A stretch of DNA of 20,000 bases from Eremomyces bilateralis CBS 781.70. Its lineage: Eukaryota. The notes under the pieces were generated by a model that searched no databases, was not told the DNA's origin, and saw only the letters and a list, made by a program, of their open reading frames with translations. The DNA is taken from NCBI GenBank assembly GCA_010015585.1, contig ML975151.1, one strand, 5' to 3'. Below, in pieces: positions 1 through 12,199 of this stretch (the first letter of the stretch is position 1; the number at the start of each line of letters is the position of its first letter). The position numbers were made by a program, and so were the translations under genes.

Positions 1-2029
1 TACCGTTCGGACCCTCGTCGCCAACAAGCTCTGATGTGCGTCTCGCCACGTGGTATCCATGATCAAACAGCCCTTGTTCGCGCGGACCGCCTTGGCGAAC
101 GCTTCCGGGCCCTCCTCCACGATGATGTTCCGCCACCCCGTCTTGCACGGCTCCGACACGTCGATCTTCTGGCCGTCGCGTGTCGTGAGGGTCGGGATGT
201 TGATCAAATCCTTCAACTTGGGCTCGCCGATCTGGCCCTTGATGGAGGAGCCGTTGACGGCGAGGTCGCCGAGGTAGGATAGCAGTTTCTGCGCGCGGTT
301 CTGCGAGCTGATGAGGCTGAACAGGGCGGGGGTGTCGTCGATGAACGTCGTCCAGCAGGTACCCTCGATGAAGGTCGGGTGGGTCAGCAGTGAGACGAGG
401 AAGGGGATGTTGGTCTTGACGCCGCGGATGCGGAACTCGACGAGCGCACGAAGCACCTTGCGTCGGGCGATCTCGTAGGTGGAGCCATGGCAGGTGCACT
501 TGACTAACATGGAGTCGTAATGCGGTGTAATGATCGAGCCGGCGTAGCCATTGCCACCATCCAGACGGACGCCGTTACCACCGGCGGAGCGGTACACCTC
601 AATCTTACCGGTGTCGGGGGCGAAGTTCTTGGTGGGATCTTCGGTGGTGATACGACACTGGATGGCGAAGCCCCGGGTGGAGATGCGGTCTTGGGTGAGG
701 CCGAGCTGTTGCAGCGAGGCACCGGCAGCGATTTGGATCTGAGCGGCGACGATGTCGATACCGGTGATTTCTTCCGTGATGGTGTGCTCGACCTGGATAC
801 GTGGGTTGATTTCGATGAAGTAGTAGCGGTTTTGCTGGTCGACCAAGAACTCCGCGGTACCGGCGTTACGGTAGTTGACGGATTTGGCGAGCCTCACGGC
901 GCTCTCCAAAATTCCGTCACGAGTCTCTTGTGGCAAGTCCTTCGCCGGGGCGATTTCGACGACTTTTTGGTGACGTCGCTGGACACTGCAGTCACGCTCG
1001 TACAGATGGACCACGTTGCCATAGTTGTCTCCGAGCAATTGCACCTCGATGTGCTTGGGCTTGTCAAGGAAACGCTCCACGAATACTGTTCCGTTGCCGA
1101 AAGAGGCCTTGGCTTCTGATGTGGCTCGCTCAAAGGAATCCTTCAGGCTTTCCTGTTCACGGACGACACGCATGCCACGGCCACCACCGCCGAAAGCCGC
1201 TTTGATGATGATGGGGAAGCCGAACTTGTCGGTGAATTCCTTGACGTCTTCGAACCGTTCGACCGGACCATCGGTACCGGGAACGACCGGGACGTCACAC
1301 TTGAGGGCGGCCGTTCGAGCGGAAACCTTGTCACCGAGACCTTCGATGACCTCAGGCGTGGGTCCGACGAACTGTGAACATTATAAGCGACCTATCTCTC
1401 CAGAAATTACGGATAATTTGAGCGGGAGTAAGGAAATCGCAGTCTTACAATCAAGCCCGCCTTCTCCACATTCTTCGCAAACTCGGCATTCTCAGACAAG
1501 AAGCCATAGCCTGGATGGATAAGATCGACGCCATGCTCCTTCGCGATCTTGATGATCTCGTCTCCAGCAAGATATGCGCCGATCGCAGTAAACTGGCCGC
1601 GCTTCCCGATCATGTATGCCTCGTCCGCCTTCTGGCGATGCATGCCCATGCGGTCCTCATAGGAGAAGACGGCGACGGTGTGGAGGGACAGCTCGTGGGC
1701 CGTTCGGAAGATACGGATCGGGATTTCACCGCGGTTAGCGACTGCAGCTCAGTCAATATTACTGACCTCTCCACGAAGCCACAAACGAATCTGCCGATGG
1801 CGGGCTATGCTCGGAGACGGTGAAGCTTGCGTCATCGCAGCTCCAGGCCAGCGATAAGCGGACGAACCGCCACACACGCCGTCATAGGACAGGAAGAAGG
1901 GAGGAACGGCGCAATGGACGTACCTAAGATCTTCTTCAGATCCATGATGGTGGAATTGGCCCGTATCCGGTGGTGGACAGGTTGGTTGGAGGGATGATGC
2001 TCATTGTCATCATCAATGATTGCCGACAT
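1..2029 (-). CDS. PYC: Pyruvate carboxylase, 5' part (biotin carboxylase domain); continues beyond the left edge. Exons 2029-1924, 1741-1449, 1371-<1
   Basis: Spliced translation MSAIIDDD...[24 protein letters not shown]...[14 protein letters not shown]...[22 protein letters not shown]...[17 protein letters not shown]...[22 protein letters not shown]...[18 protein letters not shown]...[10 protein letters not shown]...[17 protein letters not shown]. Introns 1923-1742 (GTACGT..CAG) and 1448-1372 (GTAAGA..CAG) keep the frame. Confidence 0.97.
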
Positions 2030-2158
2030 GATGGCGGGTTATGGCAGCGTCGAGTCACCGAGTGTGACAGTCGCTTTCAAGAGCGGAAGCCGCGAGCAAG
2101 TTCCGTACCGAGCTCGGTAAGTATCCAAACAGTATATCGAGGGATAGGGATGTGAAGG

Positions 2159-2168
2159 TATATATATG
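2159..2168 (-). promoter_or_regulatory. TATA-like element (TA)5 of the PYC promoter
   Basis: TATATATA ~130 nt upstream of the PYC ATG, followed on the minus strand by a pyrimidine-rich tract, as in typical fungal core promoters. Confidence 0.45.
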
Positions 2169-3205
2169 TAGATATCTGCTCTGAGAAACACTGTTAGACG
2201 CATCGAAGAAGAGCTATCGCCAGCAGGCCAAAAGAATGGTGATCGACACCGGAGCAGTGATGCAGACCGGAGACAATGGTAAGACAATAGTAACGACAAA
2301 GATAAGACGAGATGAGATGATGTAAAGCTATTGACGGAATCCCACATACCTATACGAGAACCTGCGAATTGCAACGAATTGCTCCTGCTACGTCCTGACT
2401 TTCGAGCTCAATTGAACTCCGAAGCGATTCTTTGATTCTGATCGTCTCCGTCACCGGACTCGAAAAATGCAAAGACCAGTTCACACGTGCTTACGCTCTC
2501 CGGTTCCACGGTTCGCTAGTGATACTGGCGGGTGGCGGGGTAGAAATAGATGGAACAGAGGGAAATCGATGGCGGCCAATTGAACCCGACAGATAAATCC
2601 AATCCCTTCTTATGCCTTTTCCAAGACTTCCGGTGACTGTATAAAAAGGATGGGGAGGAAAATCCCAGAACTGTCACGATGCTGGAAAAGAAAAAAAGTA
2701 AATAGCAGTGAGGTGGAGGTGTGCTGCGGGTCAAGCTGCAGCTGAGCTTGAGAGGCTTTTTTTGGTGGCGGAGACGGAGAAGGGAGGGAGCGGGGAGAAG
2801 TTCGTTTTTGGTGGTGGCCTGGTGGGGGATGCTGGATCTCCCGGAATTATCAATAAGGATGCTGGGGGGAGGATGCTAGTTAATATTCGGATCTCGATAT
2901 CAATCTGGGCCGAGAGTTTCCTTGATCCGCTTAAGCCTTGAATCCAGCTCAGGCACTCTCGCTGGAGTGGATGATTGAGGCGGTGGAACTTCGCGATAGC
3001 TTTTTATACAGCAGTCAAATCAATCTTCCGAGCCGGTTCCAACACGATCTCACAATCCGCAAACTTTCACGACACAGATGGATAGAAGATGTAAAACGAC
3101 AAGTTCTCAAGTTTCCGGCTTTCTTTCCTATCCTACAATGCCGCTCCCGTACGGTAAGTAACCTAAATATTGCCTTGGAATCCCTTCACCTCGCCTCGGA
3201 TGCAG

Positions 3206-3233
3206 CCAGCAACCAGCAGCCAGCAACCAGCAG
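3206..3233. repeat. Short tandem repeat (CCAGCAACCAGCAG)x2
   Basis: Read directly: ccagcaaccagcagccagcaaccagcag. Confidence 0.7.
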
Positions 3234-4547
3234 GGAAGGGCGATACCGGAAACATATCGCATCCCCAGGAATCGAATGCCATCGTCCGCTCCCGTTCTGA
3301 AAGGCACACACATTGGCATCCATCTACTCAGGGCAATTTTCACGATCTCTCCATTACGAAATCCCCCAGCCGAGTCGGTGCCTCGGGAGTTGTCGGGTCA
3401 TCGCCATCCGTCTCGCAAACCTCTGTGTGTCCACCATCCCCAACAGCCTGGAATTACTCGGCAATAAGAATAAAGTAGAGGTACTTACGTACCCTGATGG
3501 GCACGGATAGTGGATCAGACGCACGCACATGCTGAATTCATGATTAACATTGAAGATGCTCAGGAAGCTCGCTTGCTTCGGTTGCTCGGGCTATGAGTCT
3601 ATGACGAGATGGATGTATCAAATGCTGTAATGACGTAGTCCTTTTTTTGCACGACAACTGAATTAACAAGAGCCTGAAACCGGCACCATAAGGTAGATTC
3701 TCGCAAAAAGTACTCCGACATCCGAGAGCCAGACAGCCATCCATTCCTCCGCCTCAAGATCTCACCTCCTACCCCCCGCAAGCCGTAGATCTCCCTCCCC
3801 CTCCCGAGTCCCGCATCTCACGCATCCCGACATGGATATACCCCTCCCCTGCCCCCGTTCCGTTCCTGCATGTTGCATTTTCGTGATCCCGGGGCCAGAT
3901 GAGTCTGCGATTCCTTAATGACCCGAACGGCCGCAGGTGGTGAAGCCGCGCGCCGGGATATCGACGCCTGAGATGCGGGCGGCAACGCTTAATGTCGGGT
4001 TGTGGATATTACTCTCGTCGACGGGGAAACGGAGGGATGGCTGATTGTGGCTGCGGGACGGTTGGCTTAGATGCACGCTGGGGGGATGGAAGGTGGTCTG
4101 GAGCGTGGACGTTGCCTTGATCACAGAAAATCGTCCTGTATTACATCGTGAGATTCAATCCCGATATACTTACCCGTTTACGATCCCCGCTTCATGCGCC
4201 AGATGGACGACTTGGTGAGCATGGTTGGCAACGACGATGCATGGCTGAGGGTTCGGATCCTACCGATAGCCATTAATCTCATCAAACGAAGCGCACCGTG
4301 ATCCAGGGAAAGACATTCAGACAACCGACTCTTCACTTCTCGTGCTAAGGCAAACTAGGTAATTTACACATCCTCCGAACCGCGGGCCTTGAACTCGAGA
4401 TTTTTCCCATAACGCGAACAAACAACGGTAGAAAGTGGAACAAACAAACAGAAAAGTCAAATCGAGAAGATTACCGCGATCCCCGGTGTTGGGTATTCAG
4501 CCTGGAAAACTGAAAACGAAAAGTGGGCGCGGATGCGGGGGTTTGCA

Positions 4548-4600
4548 AATCGCAATCGCAATCGCGTCGCTTTCACCTCTATCCATCCATCCATCCATCC
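4548..4600. repeat. Microsatellites (AATCGC)x3 and (ATCC)x5 downstream of the clathrin stop codon (likely 3' UTR)
   Basis: aatcgcaatcgcaatcgc at ~4548-4566 and atccatccatccatccatcc at 4581-4600. Confidence 0.75.
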
Positions 4601-4712
4601 TCTTTGGATGGGGTCTTTCGTCGTCGTTACGTGATTGGGTTCCCAATGTGCCGAAATGCACCACCGCACCTCCACTCGTATGATCCATCTTACTCCCTCC
4701 AAGCTCTCCATT

Positions 4713-7700
4713 TTAGAATCCCCTCAGGCCCGTCGCCTGCGGCATGACGCCGTTCGGCTGGACGAACCCGCCGCTCATCGGCGCGGGGCTGGACGCCTGC
4801 TGCGGGACGGATCCCTGGGTCAGGAGCAGCCGACTGCCGCCTAGGATCGGGGTTTCGTCCTCGTCTTGCTTCTGCGTAGCCTCGCGGGCTTTGCGCTCTT
4901 CGTTGTCTTTTTGGAGGAGGGAGATGGTGGCGGTTTGTTGGGCGAGCATGTTGATCATGAAGGGCTAGGTGGGGGGTTAGTAGGTGTGCGTGGAGAAGAG
5001 GGAAGGGGGGAGAACTTACCATAGTGTAGTCGTGGAGACCGCTCCTCCAGGAGATCTCGAGGATCACATCCGGTCGGATGAGCTCGTAGCACGCGTACAG
5101 CATACCAACATAGCACTCGCGGCTGCCAATATCGACAAAGTACCTCAACAGCTCTTCCACCACCGGCGGCTTCCCGGACATGGCGGCCGTCTCGATCGCG
5201 TCCTTGAACAGCTTGTCCTGCTTCGACAGCGCGATGCTCTTGTCCCACCGCCTGTTCTTGCGCCAGATGGTCGCCGCGATCTGTCGGAAGAAGACGAGGT
5301 CGTGCTTCTCGAGCCGCTGCGCCAGCTCCGTCGAGTCATAGTTGTCGAAGTTCTCGACCGAGTCGCGCAGCGTCTTGTAGTCCTCCTCCTCGATCAGCAG
5401 GTCGTGGATCGCGTGGTTGACCGCCTTCTTGTTCTGCGACTGCACGCTCATCAGGAACGGCTTGATGAGCGGAATGTTGTCGGATTTCTCGAACATGCGG
5501 ACGACGCGGTTGACGTCAATGCGCGGCGTCAGGACTTGGAGGAGGTCTGTGAGGAGCGGCGGTTGTTGCTCGAGGTAGAAGTTGACGGCGCGGTAGTAGA
5601 TTTCCAAGTTCGCTACCTTGACGATGGTGTCTTTGAAGGAATGATGTTCCCACGCGTCGGACGCTCGCTCCATCATGGCTAGTGCAGCATTGTCCCACTC
5701 GTCATAGTGGCAGTACAGGAATACCAGTTCCGGCCAGAGGTGGGCGTCTTCGCACGCCTTCAGCATCTTGGGGATGTTGATACGAGACCAGAAGAGACGC
5801 AGGTGCTCCATGACACGATCGGGGTGATATTTCGAGAGCGCAATGCCCAACTCGGTGAACATGCCCATGTGGGCACGTTCCAAGCTGAGTCCGTTGCTGA
5901 GCAGGTCAATGAGCTGATCGAAGTAGCCGCCGCGCTCATATTGGCGAACAATGTGCTGGAGCTCGTCGGCATGGACAATCAGGTTGAGACCGCAGATCTG
6001 AGCGAGACGGAACTCCCCCTTCTCAATACACGCGTCGTTGACCTCCTTCCACACCTTGGTGCTATTGGCCTTGCGGGCCGACTCGACCGCAGCCTGGTAG
6101 TCGTTGAGGTGGACATGAGTCGTGGCAAGCTTCGCCCAGTTCGAGATGGACGAGTAGAAGATCTTGGCGGCCTCGAAGTATCCCTCCTCATAAGCCTTGT
6201 CACCTGACGCTTCCACGTCCGCGACGTTCGTTGAGCGAAGGAAGTCCTCGAGTTCCGGAAGCTGGTCGAGGCGAGCGTAGCAGAAAGCTAGGCCAGTGTC
6301 GATCGGAGGTTCGCGGAGGGTCTTTCGAGCCATCCGCAAATATTTCACGAGGTCTTCGTCCTTGCCGGCGCGGGTTGCAACCTCAATGACCTCGTTGTAA
6401 TTAGAAGGATCGCCGGCGCGGATGTATGACTCGATCGAATCGGTGACCCGAACGCCATCCAACTGAGCCTTCGCAACCAAGCTCCACACTTCGGGAGTAT
6501 CAACACGATCGGCATATTCCTGAGCACGATCGATGCTGACGACATGTTCGACGAGAACATTGGTGGCCGCCGTGTAGTTGTTATTCTTGTTGTAGATCTC
6601 GAATGCTTCCTCGTACATTCCTTGTCCGATACACTCCTGTGCAATTGCATCTGGTTCGTAGGCATTGAGGTCCCGGACATAGCCCATGACTCGCGCCTTG
6701 TCTGCTTTGCAGGCAGTGATGATGAGCAAGTTCTGCAGCACCTTGTCCTCGTTGAACGGCGATGGCTCAAGGACGATCTTCTCCAGGAGCTCGATCAAAT
6801 CGGACGGCATGTCGTTCATCATGAAAGACTTGACCGCGACCGAGACCTTGGTCGGGTCGGTTGATTCGGGAACCGCGGTGGAGATGACCTGGTCAACCAA
6901 AGACCTTCGGTGCATATTGTTGGCGCTCAGCACGAAACCCCAGACTTCGGCATCACCGCGGTCGAGGAGGTATCGGGCTTGTGCCTTGAACATGGAGTTC
7001 TCATTGGTGATGCTGATCAACTCCAGGTCATTCTGGCCCTTCTGGTACGCAATGTACGCGAGGTTGGGATCGCGCTTCTCACAGTACTTGCCGACAACAA
7101 CCGTGTCGTACATGTCATTCTCTTTCAGGAACTTCTCAGGGTTGCTGTTGCTGTCGATGTAGATCTTGGCGAGAGCGTTGTAAACGGCTTGCTGTTGGTT
7201 GCCAGCCTCGAGGGTTTGCTCGAGGAAGGGAAGCAACAGCTTGAGTCGGTTTCGCGTTTCGACTTCAGCCACAAGCTCATCGATCGGGACAGACGAGGGA
7301 TTGACGGACGCAAGCAATCCCGTGATAACACCTTCATCACAGTCAACGTCCAGGAGACCCCCAATTACGGCCGGAGTACGCCCAGGGTTGATGCGCTGGA
7401 CATACGCCTCGATCGACTTGAAATGCTGGTTCTTGTAGAGATATAGCACCAGGTCGTGAACGAAGTTGAATCGGTCGCAAACGATCATCAGCGGGAGTTG
7501 GTTGGTGAGATTCGCCTCTTTGAGGAAGTTCTTGACCTTCTCCGGATCGTAGAAGTTGCTTTCCCTGCAGACACGCTCCACTTCATTAAACTGCTGCATT
7601 CTCGTCGCGGCCTCGATGTACTTGAAATTGACGTCCTTGTCTTCGCTCACATTGACGATGCCACCAAGGTAGTAGTAAAGACCCTCCGCCGTTCGATATT

Positions 7701-10043
7701 TCTCGAACAGGTCAATGATCCGTGTGGGTCCAAGGAGATCCGAGTACTTTTGTGCGATGCGGATGACCGACTGGAGATTCTGGCGAATGTTCACGCGAAG
7801 CATCTCGTTCAGGCAATCGAATGAGAGATCGACTGTCAAATGGCCAAAGTAGTTGATCAGCCACTCCTCGGGAAGCTTGTCGGTATGGACAATGATTCGC
7901 TTGATGACGGCGTGGTCCTCGGTGTGCTCAAGAGCGCGAGTGTAAAGCCCGGCACCTTCGCACAATTGCGCGATACGTGCCTTGTCATAGTGGGAGAACA
8001 TTTCGTTTCCAAGGATCGCATCAGCAACTTGAGGAGCATTTAGCAGGTTCATTTCCAAGAGCTTGGTCTGTAGATGAGCGTGCTCGGGAAGATTGGGCGC
8101 CAGAACGTCCAGAAGGAAAGCTGTCGCGCCCTGGAGGTTTCCTTGGGATTGGAAGATATCCACGACTCGGTCGAGATCGACCAAGGGTCCCTCGGGCTGC
8201 TTCGCCAGGCTGATCGCAAATTCGGTGGATTGGTTGGGGTTCACTCGGACAATATGCTGCAGGAGCACCGTGTAATCGGGTCGATAGCCAGCCTTTTGCG
8301 CATAGGGCACAATCTCGTCGAATCGTCCCAGTTCAGCGTAAGACGCCACGACCTTCTGGGCAGCATTGGCTCGCTCATAGATCTGAAGCGCAAGTCCGAG
8401 ATCATGAGGTCGAACGATGTCACCCAGTTCCTCTGAGCAGTCCAGCTTGCCTTCTTGAAGCCACTTCTCCAGCAAATGCTTCCGATTCTGGGAGAGAACC
8501 GGCCGCACCAGCTCAATGGTTTCATACTGATTCAACCCACCTTTGTCTAACAGGATTCCGAAATATTGGAGGATGACGGAGAGCTGTCCAGATTGCGCAG
8601 GGACTTGTTTGAGGCGGTCGATGGTCGCAGGGGTTCGCAGGAAACCACGTGGAGAGTTCGCGGCGGTTTTGGCGGCATCGGCGAATTGATTGGCATTCAA
8701 CAATTGCTCGAATCGTTGTTGGTAGAGGTTGTCCGCACCCGGTAACCCACCCCTCGAGGCCAGTTTGTAGGCCAACTCGGCGTTTGCGGGGTTCTGAAGA
8801 AGGTAGGGAACGACGGCTTCCTCGTCCACGCTGACTGAGAGGACTTGGCCTTTCCGGTTGACACCGACGATACCTGACGACTCAGAATCGGGAGATGTGA
8901 CGAAGATCGTCTCGCTCGAAATGCGGTTCATGAAAATGCAAGTCCCGGTTTCGAGATCATACAGGTGAATGAAGCCGTACTTGGTGACGAGGTAGATGAT
9001 GCCGTACTTCTTGGATACCTGCATCGCCACTGGGAAGTCGTTGGTGGCTTCGGGAGGGAAGTAGACGTCGACATTCTTCTTCTGGAATTGGGGGTTTCCG
9101 GCTTGATGATCGATCTCAACCACGTGCAGTTTGGCCCCGGTAGCGGTGCGAACGGCGAATGTGAACAGCTTGGAGTCTGCTGGTGCTCCCTCCAATCGGA
9201 CGGTGCCGAAGGCGGCAGCGTGCCCTTCGATCGACTGGCTGATGCCACGAGCTTTTGAGTACAGTTGCATCGCACCGACGACACGGCCTTGTTGTTGTGA
9301 AATGCCTACAACCACGGACCACTGGGCATCGTCGCTCACTCGGTAGTTGATGATTTGACAGCCCTAGACATCACATTAGTCGAGACCGAAGCAACCATGG
9401 CCGGTAACATACCGATAGGTTGGCATTTCGCTCAAACACCTTGCCTGGTGAAGCGGTAGTGGGATCGAAGACGTCCCAATGATAAACGGCCGTGTCGGTG
9501 ACAAGACCAAGGGTGCGATCATCGAACCATTTCCAGAACTGGACATCTTCGTTCATCGTCGCAGCACCCATCTTGCTCTTCTGCTCGAGATTGAAGATTT
9601 GTAGGGTCCGACCTTGTGCCTTCAGTGCTATGATTTGTTTGTTGAAGTGCATGATAGCACTGTCGGCCTTGATCGGGCGTCGAATAACATTGTTGTTATT
9701 CTTGAGGTCGATGATGATGACTTCCGGCGACGCATTATCGTCCACCTTTTGCCGGATACAGATGTAGTGGTCGGATTCTAAGGTCTGAAGCGCCCAACGT
9801 TAAGTTCACTCCCAATAATGCCATCGGGATAGACTTACACAAGTGTTGAACCCGATCGATTGAGGCTACAGTTCTGTGAGCACTCCCTTCACCGGACGCT
9901 ACGGACCACATGGAACTGGCGCGCTACTCACAAGGACATCAATCTGCGTTAACTACACAATGTCAGTAAGGATCCACATCAGCATCGGGGAGAAATTCGC
10001 GTACCTGGAGAAGCTCCGTGAACTTTATGGGTAACGGGGCCAT
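4713..10043 (-). CDS. CHC1: Clathrin heavy chain (~1684 aa). Exons 10043-10005, 9952-9932, 9865-9839, 9784-9413, 9363-5020, 4964-4713
   Basis: MAPLPIKFTELLQ/LTQIDVL/PQSIGFNTC/TLESDHYICIRQK...RRPIKADSAIMH.../GCQIINYR...GAMQLYS...SIEGHAAAF...CHCR repeats...ERAHMGMFTEL...LHDYTM/PFMINML...GF*. All five introns are GT..AG and phase 0; exon lengths 39, 21, 27, 372, 4344 and 252 nt. Confidence 0.98.
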
Positions 10044-10368
10044 GGTGCTCAACGGTCAATGAGGATGGCGCACCTCATCAACGGGAGAAGGCGATTAAAG
10101 CAACCGGAGAGAAAATGGAAATCAAGGGACGTGCAAATGAAGAAGGAGAAACGGAAATAGTTGAATTTAAGGGTGGGAGAGTTGTGTGGGTGATGATAGA
10201 AGTTGAAGGGTTGAAGTAATGGGAGATCTTACAGAAGCTCAGGAGTTGGTTCGTTTGGTAGTTGGAGGCTTGGACCGCTGAACACGACGTGGAACTTTCA
10301 CGAGTTGCGAGGTTGGCCCCTGTGGCTGCACGGAGCAATTGCCAACACAAAGCATGTGGTCATCGAAT

Positions 10369-10418
10369 CACGTGGGGGTCGAGTCGAGTCACGTGTCTGA
10401 GGCTCAATGCAGCCTCAG
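10369..10418. promoter_or_regulatory. Motif cluster in the CHC1/eIF3j divergent promoter: two CACGTG E-boxes (10369-10374, 10390-10395) and an 8-bp inverted repeat CTGAGGCT-N6-AGCCTCAG (10397-10418)
   Basis: Read directly; lies midway in the ~700-bp spacer between the divergent start codons. Confidence 0.5.
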
Positions 10419-10749
10419 GCAGTAGGGCACCAATTATCAAAGGAGGAAATATTAGTTCCATGTTTTATCGGGCAGGAACGATGGGTGAAAGCGGACTTTC
10501 GTTTTTCGGGTGCCCAACAGGAACCCGCACTTTCCCAGCCTTAATCTCCTCCATCGCGCCTTCCCTCCCACCATCGTCTCAAATCTCATCAAATTCCCCT
10601 TCTGCGTCACGCAATAAACATCCCACCACCACACCCCATATACATCCTTCCAGTCGCCTCCAGACTGATCGCGTAAGAATCCTGACTTTCATCGTTCAAC
10701 TCAGAACATTCCCGCATCAAAGGCCATTTCACGACCAAGAACCATCAAC

Positions 10750-11757
10750 ATGCCACCATCAAAGTGGGGTGCGTCATACCCAACGCCAACTTCCCTTCCC
10801 CTCATGGCAGCGTGTCAAATCGCTGCAGATCCCCCATCCCTCAATACTGACCGGCTTTCTAGACGACGAAGATGAGGAAAGCACTCCTCCCACCTCTCCT
10901 CCCCCGATCGCCCGCCGCAGCAAATTCGACGATGAGGAAGAAGACTCCGACGTGAGCACCCCACCCTTTGTTCGGCCCGATGTCGCAACTGACACGTCAG
11001 ATAGGTGCTAGAGTCATGGAGCGCCGCAGAGGACTCCGAGGTGGAGCGAGAGAAGGAAAAGAAAGCCGCCGAACTCAAAGCGAAAGCCGACGCCGAAGCC
11101 AAGGCGAAGCACAAGTCCAAGACCCAGCGGATCGAGGAGCGACAGAGGGAAAAGCAGCGACAACGCGAACTCGAAGAGGAGACCTCAGATTCGGATGAAG
11201 ATGAGCTGGACCGGAGAGCACGGCTGAAGCAGGCGCAGATAGATGCCGATCTGCGCAATGCACAGGACCTCTTCGCCGACGTCGCAGTTTCAAGTAACCG
11301 GGGTGGGAAACACATCACGGTACCAGACGCCAGCAACCCAACGAACAGCATCGATCTCTCCTCCATGCCTCTCTTCAACCCACACACCAAGGACCAGTTC
11401 GCCAAGATGCGCGAAGCGCTGGTTCCCCTCGTCTCCGCGAACTCGAAGAAGCCTCAATACCCGCTGTTCATGCCGGAGTTTGTGAAGGGGATCTGTAAAG
11501 ACATGTCGAGCGATCAAATCAAGAAGGCGGCGAGCGCGCTATCTACCCTGTCGAACGAGAAGTTGAAGCAAGAGAAGGCGGCCGACAAGGGTGGGAAGAA
11601 GACAAAAGTCAAGGCAAAGGCCACCTTGTCTGCTGGCAGAGATATCTCGACCAGGGCAGATACCACGCTCTACGATGACGATGGTCTTGATGAGTAAGTT
11701 TCGAACATCATTGACAGGTGTACTGTCGCTAACCTAGGCAGCGGCGATTTCATGTGA
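10750..11757 (+). CDS. HCR1: Eukaryotic translation initiation factor 3 subunit J (~270 aa). Exons 10750-10768, 10863-10951, 11005-11693, 11742-11757
   Basis: MPPSKW/DDEDEESTPP...RRSKFDDEEEDSD/VLESWSAAEDSEVEREK...ADLRNAQDLF...LFNPHTKDQF...LSTLSNEKLKQEKAADKGGKK...DDDGLD/DGDFM*. The acidic N-terminal W motif and the C-terminal DFM are typical of eIF3j; three GT-AG introns with CTRAC branch sites. Confidence 0.93.
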
Positions 11758-12199
11758 GAGGTGAGCGGGGGTCAAAACAAAAGAGGGATATCACGTTTGA
11801 TATGCGACGGCATCGCATGCTTCAAGCAACCAGTGCAATAGACGGAGTATGGAATTCGCACGGCTTGAAAGGAAGCATGATAGCCAGACGATTGATATTG
11901 CTTTTCCTTCATGTAGTATTAGTCTATGCTTGATAGCGCACGTTCGGCGACACTGCTAAAATGCATTGCTTCGAAATTTATGAAACCAACCGTCCGACCC
12001 AAAGTACCCTGCTGAAATTGTATGCCAGAAACGTGTATTTACATTGACATATTGGTTCCCATAAAGCCCAATCAGATATGAAAATGACCTGGTCCTAACA
12101 GGGGTCCCGCAAGCTTCAACCTCAACTCCAAGCTGGCAACTTTCCCTCACAAAACAATTCCCAACTCACAACGACTATGGCCTAGACCTACCAACAATC

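Noticed and set aside
34..1823. Several plus-strand ORFs (e.g. 520-1119, 199 aa; 1025-1522)
   Set aside because: Antisense shadows of the codon-biased pyruvate carboxylase exons; no recognisable protein features.
2105..2119. GTACCGAGCTCG resembling a pUC polylinker (KpnI/SacI)
   Set aside because: Only 12 bp and the flanks are not vector; consistent with chance or a native palindrome.
4166..4175. ATACTTACCC resembling the U1 snRNA 5' end (or a minus-strand GTAAGT donor)
   Set aside because: Diverges from U1 (ATACTTACCTGG) after 9 nt, with no U1 stems or Sm site evident; no convincing spliced ORF on the minus strand.
4690..5019. C-terminal extension of the 1549-aa clathrin ORF (VSSPPFPLL...WRE)
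   Set aside because: Read-through of intron 5019-4965; the spliced exon 4964-4713 gives the conserved PFMINML... ending.
4744..9346. Many plus-strand ORFs opposite clathrin
   Set aside because: Antisense artefacts of a long GC-rich CDS.
10262..11011. 249-aa plus-strand ORF upstream of and overlapping eIF3j
   Set aside because: Non-ATG start; runs through promoter and introns. Only the exon 2 part is real coding sequence.
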